This document shows positions 26,481 to 38,300 of a DNA stretch of 64,000 nucleotides, piece by piece. The notes below the pieces were generated by a model. It ran no database searches, was not told the DNA's origin, and saw only the letters and a list, made by a program, of their open reading frames with translations. How positions within the stretch are numbered: position 1 is the first letter of the stretch; the number at the start of each line of letters is the position of its first letter. The position numbers were made by a program, and so were the translations under genes. This DNA comes from Heteronotia binoei (Eukaryota), in contig NC_083230.1 in NCBI RefSeq assembly GCF_032191835.1, positions 58,590,001 through 58,654,000 of the forward strand, written 5' to 3'.

Positions 26481-27118
26481 AACTAAGTTACACACTTAAG
26501 CATAATAATTAGGGCCCCATAAAAATATGTGCCCCACTAAACAAAAATCCTGGCTTTGGGCCCCACCAAATGAAAAATTCTGGCTATGGGCCTGCTGGGC
26601 TAGGCTGTCCAGTTGAAGCTGGCAGCCCAGCAGAGCCCCAGCTAAGCCCATGGGGAGAACTCTCCCTGCAGGATCAGCTGTTTTATGGGCTCTGCTGGGC
26701 TATCCAGTTTCACTTGAACAGAGAGAAGAGAGATCAGCGATAGCAATCTCTCCAGTGTACCCTGTGGGTCCATAGAGTATAATAGAGAGATCTTGCCATG
26801 GCTGCAGCATGACTCCAGAGAAGTTGTTTAAAGTTTAAACCCCTTCTCTCTCAAGTCGCACCACAGCAGTAGCATAACCTCTCCATTGTACTCTATGGGC
26901 TCATAGGGTAAATTGGAGAGATCATGGGCTGCAGAAGGGAAGCGAAGGCATTTAAATGCCTCCTCCTTTCTCCCCCAACCATGCTGAACCATGAACCAAT
27001 GAACCACAAACCAGTTCAGGGAACATGGTGGCTCAGTTGGTTCATGGTTCATTCAGTTCAGTTCATGCAATCAAATGAACCACCATTTCCTCAGTTCATG
27101 CCCATCCCTAGTTGAGAT

Positions 27119-27290
27119 GGTAGCACCTTGGGGTGCTCCTCTATTTTTTCCTCTTGAGTCACCTTTTTTCTCTCCCTTTCCTTGGAAGACCTGCTGTACT
27201 CTGGAGGAACTCAAGATGGGGCATCCAGTCTGCCCCCTAATTCCTCCAGTATCCTCTGGGTCCCTTGGAGGAGCTCCAATGGAACTCTGA
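27119..27290 (-). pseudogene. N-terminal part of the same hAT transposase
   Basis: KGEKKGDSRGKNRGAPQGATIST joins in frame to ISTPSASDM at 25170 once the insert and one TSD are removed; acceptor-like TGTCCTTTCAG at ~27287. Confidence 0.7.
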
Positions 27291-28287
27291 AAGGACAGCA
27301 TAAAAAACTATTTTTTCCCTAAAACTTGGCTTCAATTGTTTTGAGGCCCAGAACAGACACTAATAATTATTTTTACAGTTAATCTATGCTACAATTTGCA
27401 GTTTGGTGGAGTGGCTAAGTGGACGGATTCTTATCAGTCTGTGTGTTCACACTAAACTAGATAATGTGATTTACATCAGAATTTTTGCTATTCTTACACA
27501 GTAAAAATCCAGATGTAAAATGCATTATTTAGTGTATTGGTAATGCACCATGGGAGAACCAGGTTTCATTCCCCACTTCTCTACATGCACCTGCTGGGTG
27601 ACCTTGAGTCAATCATAACTCTGTTCTGCTCAAGAGCAGTTCTCAAAAGAGCTCTCTCAGCCCCACCTACCTCAACAGGGTATCTTTTATGGGGAGGGAA
27701 AGGGAAAGGAGAGTGTAAGCTGTTCTTTTTTTTCCTTTCAGTATTAATATTTTATTAAGTGTGCATTTATCAACTTATTTATACATCTCAAATAAATACA
27801 TTTCATTTTTTTGTTTATTACATTCTACAAATCAAACTGAATACTAACAACAAATAAATAAACCCCTTCCTCTTTATCTTATTTTCTTTATTTACCCGTT
27901 TTCACCCGATTCCCATACCACTTTTCCTAATTCTTATTCTAATCATAATTATATTCTTTCTTTTGTTTCCAAAGCTTCTTTACTTCTTCACGGACTTCCA
28001 TCTTTTCATACTTAATTTTTAAAACTCTTATCTTCTCTCATGCCTGCAAAAGTAAGCTGGACAGGGTTACCTCCAGAACTGCGTGCTGCAGAAAAATCTC
28101 TACAGTTGCAGGTCCAGGGGGGGGGCACACCCAACACCTTCTTGCTATTCCACTAGGTTTAACAATTCATTTTCCATTTTCCATTCCCATTTCATATCTT
28201 TATCCTATTTTCTAACTATATACATATTCTCCTATTAATACTTCTCAAGAAAACATAATTTCCCAATTCAAAACATACTTTTCCAAT

Positions 28288-28481
28288 TCAAACTCTTCCA
28301 GACTTTAGTTTAATTACACTATCTATTAGTTCCTTGCCAGATGCCTCATTATAAGCAGTAAAAGTTTGGTTTTCCATATTGACCACTAGCTGACCTAGTA
28401 GTAACTATCTATACATAATTCCTTTGTCATGAAGAATCTTTGTTGTTCCTCTCAATCTCCTCCTTACTTCAGCTGGGATAT

Positions 28482-28516
<35 letters not shown>

Positions 28517-29318
28517 TATTTTTACTTATATCCCACCCTTCCCACCGAAGTGGCTCAGGGCGGCTTACAACACAATAAACTTAATATCAGGAAATAAACT
28601 ATCATGTCTCCAAGGCACAGTCCTTGTTTTTCCCTGGTGATTTTAAACAGTTTGTTCTTCATCTGTAGTTGTTTAAATTCAACAACAATGTCCAGGGAAA
28701 TGTTATCAGAAGCCATTTTGGAAATACTTAATCGGAAGGCAGAGGTAACAATCTTTTGGGAAGGCTCTGCTTCTCCTTCTGTGAGAAGAATCTGACTCAG
28801 CCATCTATTTAACGCTGTAGTAAGGTTTTCCGTCTCTCCAAAATTTACAGATATTCCACAAAGTTTGGCCTTTCTTTTAATTTTAACTCCTGGAGTATAA
28901 TCTTATTTTTGGCCCAAGACTTAAAGTCCTTAAAGTTTTTCAAATCCTCTGCTGTCTTTTTTGCCATCTGATATGCAGCATCAGCTTTGTTATCTATTGT
29001 TTTCAATGCTGCAGTGAGTTCTTCCAATTTCTTATTAATTGGTTCGACTGACTGTTTGAGAAGTCCAAGTTCCTTTTTTAATTGACCAACCTCTCCACTA
29101 AGAGACCTTAAATCACTCTTACTTTCATTCTTTATCTCTGTAAGGGCATGCAATATCTCAGTCTGTTCACTTTGAGGAGGATTACTCCCTTCAGCCGCCA
29201 TTTCCTCTAACAGAGAAGTCTCCAAGTCAGAATCTTCAGATTCTAAATCAATTTTACCATTTCTGGGAGGTCTATAGGGAGGATTTTTAGTACCTTTTTT
29301 TGCTCTAGTCCTTCCCAT
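28288..29318 (-). pseudogene. L1-type ORF1p of the half-L1, disrupted
   Basis: MGRTRAKKG...long coiled coil...ELKLKERPN; C-terminus DIPAEVRRR / ILHDKGIMYR*LLLGQLVV...KSGRV*; frameshifts plus a ~110 bp insert at ~28478-28585. Confidence 0.8.
28478..28585 (-). mobile_element. Short L2-type 3' end with (TAAA)n tail inserted in ORF1
   Basis: (ATTT)n then ATCCCACCCTTCCC...GGCTCAGGGCGGCTTACAAC, similar to the L2 3' end at ~53695-53745. Confidence 0.7.
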
Positions 29319-30379
29319 GCTTGACTTTGATGTTATTTCCAAAATTGGCTTTGTTTTCTGGGAATAGTCATTAATCTTCTGCAGGAATAGCAGGAGCATA
29401 GGAGGGATGCAACTGGCCTGAAGCTCAGTCACCACGCTCCCCCATTGTAAGCTGTTCTGAGACTCCAAGTGAAGGGTGGGGTATAAATTCAATCTCTTCC
29501 TCTTCCAGTATTGTTTAAAAAGCAATTATTGTTTAAAAAGCAACCTGCCTTCTTAATTGCCTAGCATTAGACTAATGAGGGAGGAACTAGCCTTATGCTG
29601 AGATTTATTTTGTGCTTTTTACAATTCCTAACACACTCTTATTAAAACCTTAGTTTTACAACAATTAAGTTGCTAAAACCAACAGGAACTCTACAAAACT
29701 AGTCACCCAAGGAAAATGATAACATAGTAAGTAAACCAGCTCAATCAAAAAAGATAAATATTCCAAAGGAGTTGAACATTCCCTTCAATTAACCCTCTAA
29801 AATTCAAGTGAAAAAAGTGCAGGAAAAAGGGACAGACCCCAAATCTGTGTCCCAACACAAAAGCAACAGGACTGGACAGAAGCCTTTTAACAAAAACAAC
29901 AGAATGTTAAGCCAAAGTAAACAAGCAAAACTCCCCCCCAGACCCCCTCCCTTAAAACCTGAATGGTAAGGCAGGGAAAACAGAGAAAACTAGCTTTTAA
30001 AATAAGCAAGCAAAGCTGCACACTAAACTAATAACAATATACATAGCCCCCCCCCCACCTGAAAATCAAAATACAACATAAATGCAATGCAGCAGTAAGA
30101 AATCAAAGCCTTAAACCTTCCCACACACTACCCATCACCAGCCCCAACCCCCCCCCCAAAAAAAAGAAAAGTAAGAACACTTGAAATATATTCTCAAACC
30201 AGGTGATGGTCTTCTTCAGGCGGGCAGGCAAGTAGGCAAAGAAGTATCCTCAAAGTGCCAGAATCCTCTGGCAGAAGCAGACCTCCAGAGCACCACAAGC
30301 TCATACTCCAGAAATCTCTCACTGTATTGGTATCTAGTTGCAGTCAGGGTCTGCTTATATGCTCTTTGCCCATGGTCAG

Positions 30380-30680
30380 AGAATCTGAAGCAAAACTAGC
30401 ATATGAGAAAATTGCTGTGATTGGGCAAAGAGTACAACTCCCCTTAAATTGATATCCCATTCACCTGTGACAACTGCCTTCTTCTCCCCTCCCTCTGTTC
30501 CCTGGGAAACCTGCAGATATGTGTGTGGGGGGAGGTTGTTGGACTCCAGATTTGAAGCAAAAGTAGCCTGTAAGAGAATGGCTGTGATTGGGAAAGGGTA
30601 CATTTCCCCATAACTGGAATCCCATTTGCCTGTAAACTGCCTCCTTCTGCTTCCCTCATGTTGCCTGGGAAACCTGCAAA
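30380..30680. repeat. Diverged tandem duplication, ~170 bp unit x2
   Basis: TGAAGCAAAA.TAGC...GCTGTGATTGGG.AA.G.GTACA...CCTGGGAAACCTGCA occurs twice. Confidence 0.8.
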
Positions 30681-32176
30681 AAAAGGAGAGCTTAAACAGC
30701 TGGTTCCAGATATTCCTAAATATATCCAAATACATCCAATATATTTGGGATCAAGTTCAGCAATTTTTCCCATGATTCTCTATTGTGTAGTTGGATCTGT
30801 ATCTACTGAAAAATACCATTAAGGGTTTTTTTAGGTATATATTTGAATCAGCTATATTTGAGCATACTTTGCTATCTAAAATGACATCCCAGATGAGCTG
30901 CTTAAATACAATGCCAGGAAACTAAAATTGACAGTGACAGAAACTGAAATTCAGGGTAATTATGTTACTCTGATGGGGATGCTAATAAGGCAGGCGATGA
31001 GATTATACTCTTGATAAATGACCTAATTACATTACCAGGTGTGTCTGCATTGTAGGGGGCCTTCTTGAGTGAAGCAGAATTTAAGGTTATTGTCCTGCAG
31101 ACACGAGGCCTGATGGGATCCCTGAGAATCAAAGCCTTGATTAGAGTTGTGACAGCTTCCACTTGGGAGACTGGCTGCTTCATCAGGACATGCAACTTGA
31201 TTGCACACAGGCAATGGTAAACAAAGAAATCAGACTATGTATTATGATCATTGATTCACATTAATAGACATTTTTTTCCTTTGCTGGTTAATTATTCCAA
31301 ACCATGACTATTTTTAATAAGATGGGAATGTCAAGTGAACAGAGACATATTCATCTTAACATGAGAGTTTAAAAGACTGGACATCTAATTCAACCCATTT
31401 ATCTTATGTGTGATTAAGATAGCAAAACGAATATCTCTTTGCAACAAAACCATACATATTAGGTGCCAAAAACTTTTGACTGCTCATGATTTAGTCTTTA
31501 AAACTGCTAGAAAGGTATTCACTTCTTTCCAATAGCATAAATAAGCCAATAAATATTTTTTTCAGTATATAGTTTAATAAGAACATCGAGTGGAAGGGTG
31601 CTTTCACACTATGAATATTCTCCATGTCATTTTCATCACTGCTATGGATGCAGAGGCATGTGTATTGTCCACAGATCTTCCACATGTTGGAATTTGCAAC
31701 ACAAGTTTCCTGCATCTTTCCCCCCAACTTTTCCCTTCCACAGTGACTCCTCATTGGCTATTGGGGACATGGCTACTTGGAGCTCATTTTTTGTTTCTTC
31801 ATGAATAATGCTAACCTGTGTGATTTCCAGACTAAAACCTGATGTGACCTAGGGCTTGGCTCACCTTCCCAGAAGACTATGCTCTCACAATCAGATCAGG
31901 CTCTAGAGTGAGAAGTACAGTGATGCATTCTGGATCCAGGTGTGTAGCCTTTAGTAAAAGGCAAGACACTGCATGAAAAAAGAAGTCCCATGTATTGGCA
32001 TGCACAGGGGATCAAGATCTTTTAATATAAATGAGACACCCAATTCTCCAGTTTTAGAAACATATTTGCCACTTGACTTGCTACAGCTCCAGTGGTCATT
32101 ATGGCAACCTCTGGGACTGGTGGTGAAGTTCACTTGCTTTGTCTTTTGAATTTCTCTTTTTCTCATCCTGTTTTAG

Positions 32177-32383
<207 letters not shown>

Positions 32384-35300
32384 AAGGAAAAGGAAATGAG
32401 AGAAGCCTTTCTGCATTTGCCCATATAGTGCTCTTTAGCCAGTATCTGTAAATACCTCAGTAATATGGGTCCTTTTCTTTCCAGCCATGCATTCCTAACA
32501 CAGATCAGTGGTACTTCAAATCTTGTTTTAATTTGCACAGTTTTAAATGTAGAAAGCCCTATAAGGCCCTCCATCTTACCACTGCCCTCAGATCTACTCT
32601 TCTTTTAAGCAATATGTGTAGATAGAGCATGACAGAAATTATTTATTGTATCACACAGTTGTACATACCAGTATGCTAAAAAGAAATTTATTTCTAGTCT
32701 GTTTATTTGTATGTTGTAAGCGTTTCCTAATCTGTGTATATCTAGATGTTTTTAATAAGATGTTCTATTTTAAATTATGTAAATCGACTGATATAGGAGA
32801 GCTGATAATATATTATAGGGTAATTATTGTATTGTTTGCATTCCAGCAAAAATTCCAACTTGTAAGGCACTAGTAGTGTTACACTGACATCTTAAAGGAC
32901 AACTTAAATCTGAGCGTTCAAGTGAACCATTAAAATATCAAGCTATGCTCACACGGTGCTCCTTGAAGGGGCAAATCCTATTGATAGACTATCCTCGTGG
33001 GCAACTTAGCATGATCTGAGGAGCTCCATGGCTGACCTCAAGGAAGCGTAGCCAAAAGCCAATACACTTTTTTCCCCTGTATATATATTTATATACAAAC
33101 TGAAAGCATGGCTTTATACTTAGCAGTTGAGTGGTTCAATTCCTTGCAGGGGAAAGGAGCATGACTGATTTCACATGGAACATATAAATTTGGGGGGAGG
33201 GGACTGTTAATCACGGTGGTGATGGGGGATGCAGTAGTAGCAAAGCCCTACCCCTAACCATGGCAATCACATACCTAAAACCCAGTAGCTCTCCGTTACC
33301 ACCTTTATATAAAATTTGCATACTGTGAATCCCATTTGTGATTCTACATTCTCTAATTCTAATGAGTTTGCACATTAGACTTTGTAATGAAATATTTTAT
33401 TATACTAAGCCAGATGAGAAGGAATGCAGAATATTTTTTAAAACAAAAATCACAGCCGTGTGTGTTTATTATACAAAAGTAGTTTCATGGTGACAAGACA
33501 GTATTGTAAACTCCCATCAAAAGATTATAAAAATTTAGCCATATTTCTGAATGCACTTCAAAGCAAGCCAAAAGATAACAGCTAGTGACCTTTTATATAC
33601 TATTTATACTTAATAAGTTTTAATTTGTCCTTTAAAAAAAGTGAAACAAAACAAAGAACAAGTTCTAGCAAACTGAAGCAACCTCTTATGTACACTAGAT
33701 GCTCGTTTCAGGAGGAGTTTTTAAATGTTTTCAATGTTACTATGTAGTAAATGGCACTATTATGAAGCTATTAGTCATTCCATAAGCGTCTTAAAAGACT
33801 GCTCTGTGTATCACTGTGAATGCCGTGTGTGCTTAGAAACTGTAGTTCTCTCAGTGGATAGCAATCAATTTATTCTGTAGTGATATTGTAAAAAAAAAAA
33901 AAACTGCCATTCCCTTCTACTGCACTGCCGAAGGAGTGCATAGCACAAGCAGTTCTCATAACTATGGACCAATTCAGAACTGAAGAGCTATGCATAGGAC
34001 AAGGGCATCATACAGACTGGATTGACCACACAGCATTTGTCGACACTGTGCAATATTCAACATATTCCCTCTCCCTCCCCTTATTTTAGATGGTAGATGA
34101 CTATCCTACAGTCTGTCATCTCCAATGACACCGTTTCATTGTATCATTTTGTGGGCATTACTTTTTAATTCTGGTTTCTTCTTTATAGACTGCTCTCACG
34201 TATTTATTTATTTATTTATTTATCTACCATACTGTGAATACATTTAAATATTTGAATGAACTTGTTGCTCTCTCTCCCCCTCCTTCCTCTCTTTTTTGGT
34301 ATCACTCAGCACTATATATATATGAGAAAGTATCTTTTAAAAGCACCCTTGGGTGAGAAAGTATCTTTAAAAAGCACCCTTGGATGAAAAATATGGGATT
34401 TCCCCTAGAACATAAGTTTTGATGCATTAAAAAAAGATGTCACCAACAACTTTTGAATGATAAAATCCCCCCTTGGGCATTTTGCAACCAAAGCATACTC
34501 TTAAGAAGGGGAGAATTTAACAAGAATGCACAAATGGAATTTGTGGCAGCATAATTCTGCATAATTTCCCAGAAAGCAGGGGCAGCAACATCTATCACTC
34601 TGAGAGTCTCTAGAATTTCTATATGAAACAGAAAAGGTACAGTCAAGTTAGATAAGCTGAGATGTACATAGGAAAAGTCCAGCAGAAACACTTTTATAAT
34701 GGTAAATTCTAAAGGACCAAATCCCACCAAAGAGAAAAGCTAACAATGCAATCTTATACCACATTTCTCCAGTCTATATCCAGTGAAATGAACTGGAGTT
34801 AAATTGGCATAGAATTGTGCTGCAAATAAGAAGCGAGCTTTTGCTCCACTATAACTTCCTTTATGTTATTCATCATAGCAGGGATTTAAAAATGTTGAAA
34901 TTTACAGGCTCAAACTGCCAGAACTGATTCATTGTATTAAGGTATTCTTAATGCATTCTCTTTCTACACTGCCAGACTGAATGTCACCACAGAATTGGTT
35001 GGTAATGTACTATAGTTCTCAGCAGAGAACAGACCTGCTATTTGACCAAGATGACATTTTCATCCTCAAAGAAGCCACATGTACCTTTCTGACAAAGCTG
35101 TGTAAAGTATTAGAATCTGATGCTGTAGAAAGATCCTAGTTGCCTTTGTGTATATTTACTTGCCTGATTGAGTGTTTCTATGTGTGGGTTTTCTCTGTAA
35201 CTTGTAGAAACGTTTGGGGTGTTCTATCCTGCCATATTGCTCGTGGCCAGCGAGCTGACAAGTTTAGCTGTATTTTAAATTCAGTTTTGATGAGGTGGTT

Positions 35301-35410
35301 TATATTTTGTTTCACTTTTGTGTAGTGAATCCCACAGTAGAGTTTTCCAGGTGTTGTTAAAATAAAACATACATACTACATAGATATTCAATAAAAATGT
35401 TTTATTTCCT
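32384..35410 (+). other. SYT1: SYT1 long 3'UTR (inferred)
   Basis: About 3 kb AU-rich with no TE recognised, ending at tandem AATAAA; contains Pumilio and neuronal miRNA seed matches. Confidence 0.8.
35361..35395 (+). terminator. SYT1: Tandem AATAAA poly(A) signals of SYT1
   Basis: AATAAA at 35361-35366 and 35390-35395; downstream T-rich CTTTTCTTTCT. Confidence 0.75.
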
Positions 35411-36399
35411 GTTGAGGCCTCGAGTGGTCCAAGCTTTTCTTTCTAAATCTTAAGACTTATCACACACTTTGCTCCACCCTATCAAATCTGACTTCAATCA
35501 ATGCATTAGTGGGATGGGGTTATAGTCTGCCTATGTGTAGTGTGGTTGTGCATCCTAGAAAAGTCACATCATGAACAATGAAAGGGAATAAAAAGCAAAT
35601 CTTTCTTCTGGACCACATGTAGAAATCAGGCTGCAGCCATAATAAGCAGGTGTCTTGCAAGAGGAGCAATAGTTCTAAATAACTCCTTCAAGAAGACGGG
35701 CAGCCCAATCCAGACATTAAGTGGCGGCCGGCCACTCGGGCGTGGACAGATCTACGGCGCCGCTCGTTGGCTTCCAAAGGGGTTTGGGGTGCCGGAGCAC
35801 AGCACGGCCAAGTCCCAAGCGTCGCCTGTAGATGTGTTAAATACACTGGAGCGTGGGCTCCCAGAACGGTATGAGGGCGGGGACAGGAGGGGGCGCTGCC
35901 ACAGGAAAGCCATGGATTGGCTGGCGGTGGCCAAGGAGCCAGCCCACGTGACACTCAGCAGCGGAGATAGGCTGCCCGCATGCCTCACCCCCCCATGCAC
36001 ACACCCAGCCCCATGGAGTGTGTGAATGGGGGTGGCTGTGTAATCCTTGGGGAAGCAACCAGTCAGCACTTACCGCTAGCTCCATGGAGCAGCCTACCTG
36101 CCAAAGGGGCGAAGCCGAGTCCCTGTCAGTGTCCCTTCCATGGGCTGCATGGCCGGATGCCGTCCCCAATGCCGCAGAGCCCCCCTGCCAGGACACAGTA
36201 GGCCACCCACTGCAGGCACCCATGCACCAAAGCTGCCGATGATGGTCGCCACGGTGGCTTGCACTCGTGCCCACCTGCTGAGAATTGGACACCCATGAGG
36301 GGCACAAGGTGACTTTGAAGTGGTTGTGTGCAGGACTCACCTCCCCCCACGCCCAGATCCCCCTTGAATAAGGACTCAACCCAATGTGCAGGGATAAGA

Positions 36400-38020
36400 T
36401 TTATTAAAGCACCAGGCTGCAGAGGGGTTACCGCTTGGCCCCCTCACAGGAAGCCGCCTCAAGCTGCGGTGGGCAGAGGTGGCTGCCTGAGGGGGGCGGC
36501 CAGTCCTGTCAGGGGAAGGTGTGGCATCCCGGATGTCGTCCCCAACAGCGCCCGTGTGCAGCGTCTCCCTGCCCGCCTCACCGGGGGGGGCACCTCACTG
36601 TGGGGGCCCACCTCAGGAGCGGCAGGAGCTCCTGTGGTGGACTGGACAGGGACTGGTCAGTATTGGCGAACAGCCACTCCACCCTCGCGCCCCACTCCTG
36701 CGACTGCCTTGTCATGGCCAGGAGACTGGACAGATGGCCAGTGGCCATGGACACAGTCCCCTCCATCCCCGCCATCCAGTGTTGGCCCACGGCCATGGCC
36801 TCTTGCCATTCCTGTTGCCCCTCCAACCGGTCCCGCTCTATGGCTGGCCACGTGGAGGACAGGGTGGTGGGGATTCTTTGAGTTGGCTGTGGTCCCCAAG
36901 CCGTGGGTCTTGGTTCTCAGCCACCTGCATAGACGTCCGCATCGCTGCCACCTTCCAGATCCCCCAGAGGCCCCCCCAGTTAGGGACCGGAGACAGGGGC
37001 CACCCCGCACACAAGTCTGCAGTGCTTGGCCCCCCCACCCGCATTCCCAGGCCCTGGGGCATGGGGAGGTGATGTGGGTAGATCCAGGGTTTGCAGCATG
37101 AGGGAGGCAGCTAGGGCCGACCATCTGTGTGGGGACACCCTCCATAGGTTCTCCACCACGTCGGTTGCCAGTGTCACAGTGTGGCTACCTATGGAACAGG
37201 ACAGGGGTCAGATGCTGGCATGAGTGGCCAGTCGCAGACACCCCACACCCCGCGCTCAGTGTCGCACCTTGAGGGGACTCAGGCCACTCATAATCTGTGG
37301 ACAGATGGATGTCAGACACTGCGGCATCCATGACCTCCTCACTTGATGTGTCCTCCTCGATTTGGCGCCTTCTGGCGGCTGTCCGGATGTCCTGGGGGCA
37401 GCAGGGAGTGCTGGACCAGCTGACCTCCCATCCCACAGGTGCTGGGCAGCCAGCTCCAGTCCTTGGCTGCCTCACTAGAGCAGCCTCCTGCCTCTGAGCC
37501 TACAGTGGAGCTCGTGGCAGCCTGCGGCAATTCCTGGGAATCACCTGGGGGGGGCAAAGGGCCTCGCCGTCAGAATCTGGCAGTCCCACGGTGGCAGGGG
37601 GGGAGGTGCCAACCTACAGCAGATCACCTCAATGCTGTGGCCAGCTACAGCCACCAGGCAGATAAGGGGTCCCATGATTGTCTCAGAGCCGGACAGGGCC
37701 TGGGCCACCGCCTCCTCATAGGTTGAGCCTTCAGCGATGAGACACCAGACCCGCTTCTTGGCAGGGCCAAAGGAGTCATTCTAATGCTTCAGGGTGGACT
37801 TCTCTGTGCAGGGCACCTGGCTCACAGCAGACACTAGCTCCACCGCCATTCGCCAGAAACCCCACCGACAGGAGTTCGCCCCAACGGCTCTTGTGGCGGC
37901 AAGCGCCACCATGGCATTCTTGGCTACCAAGCCAAAGAAAAGTGCCTTCTCTGCCTCAGTCCAGTTCGGTTGGCGGTAACTCTCAGTCAATTCCAATCTG
38001 TCTCCCGCCATTCCTTCCAT
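36400..38020 (-). pseudogene. Harbinger Myb/SANT DNA-binding protein gene, multi-exon
   Basis: MEGMAG...YRQPNWTEAEKALFFGLV...FWRMAVELVSAVSQVPCT...KH*ND (TAG where W is expected); candidate introns 37617-37545 and 37267-37189; C-terminal AIERDRLEGQQEWQEAM...; AATAAA at 36405-36400. Confidence 0.8.
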
Positions 38021-38300
38021 GGGCAGTGGAATGCAGGAGCTGACCGCAGCTGGCTGATAGTGGTCGCTCTCACAGCGCCTCACCCAACTTTCTCACAGGA
38101 CACCAGCAGGGCATCGGTTGGCCTTGACGGCACCCCGCCACTGCTTGTGCAGGGCCCCTCACAGCTCCAGCGGTGTCTGGAAGCAGTGGTGGGGCGCCTC
38201 GGGGCGGCAGTATGGCCACCGCAGTCCGCACTACAGTGCGCAAACCATGGGGGCCCATGGTGGGTGGTGCCCCCTTATCCCACTGCCAGAGCTCCCCTGG

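Larger units (their letters stand above)
25171..27110. mobile_element. Non-autonomous hAT element (1940 bp incl. nested inserts)
   Basis: TIRs TAGGGATGGATATGAAC / GTTCATGCCCATCCCTA; perfect 8-bp TSD GTTGAGAT (25163-25170, 27111-27118); subterminal TGAAC/GTTCA arrays. Confidence 0.92.
27727..29445 (-). mobile_element. ORF1-only L1-derived retroelement (half-L1/HAL1-like)
   Basis: 13-bp TSD TGTAAGCTGTTCT (27714-27726, 29446-29458); ~125 bp 5'UTR starting TGGGGAGCG; ORF1 29318 to 28288; ~560 bp 3' region with AATAAA and A-tail; no EN or RT motifs. Confidence 0.85.
27525..29505 (+). mobile_element. Squam3-like SINE split by the half-L1 (parts 27525-27726 and 29459-29505)
   Basis: Body breaks at TGTAAGCTGTTCT and resumes GAGACTCCAAGTGAAGGGTGGGGTATAAATTC...CTCTTCCTCTTCC. 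Confidence 0.85.

Noticed and set aside
30965-31214. 76-aa minus ORF with a nearly open antisense frame
   Set aside because: No homology recognised and no exon boundaries; likely chance or an ancient repeat.
33888-33903. A-run in the SYT1 3'UTR as a transcript end
   Set aside because: Genomic A-tract with no canonical AATAAA just upstream; likely an oligo-dT mispriming site.
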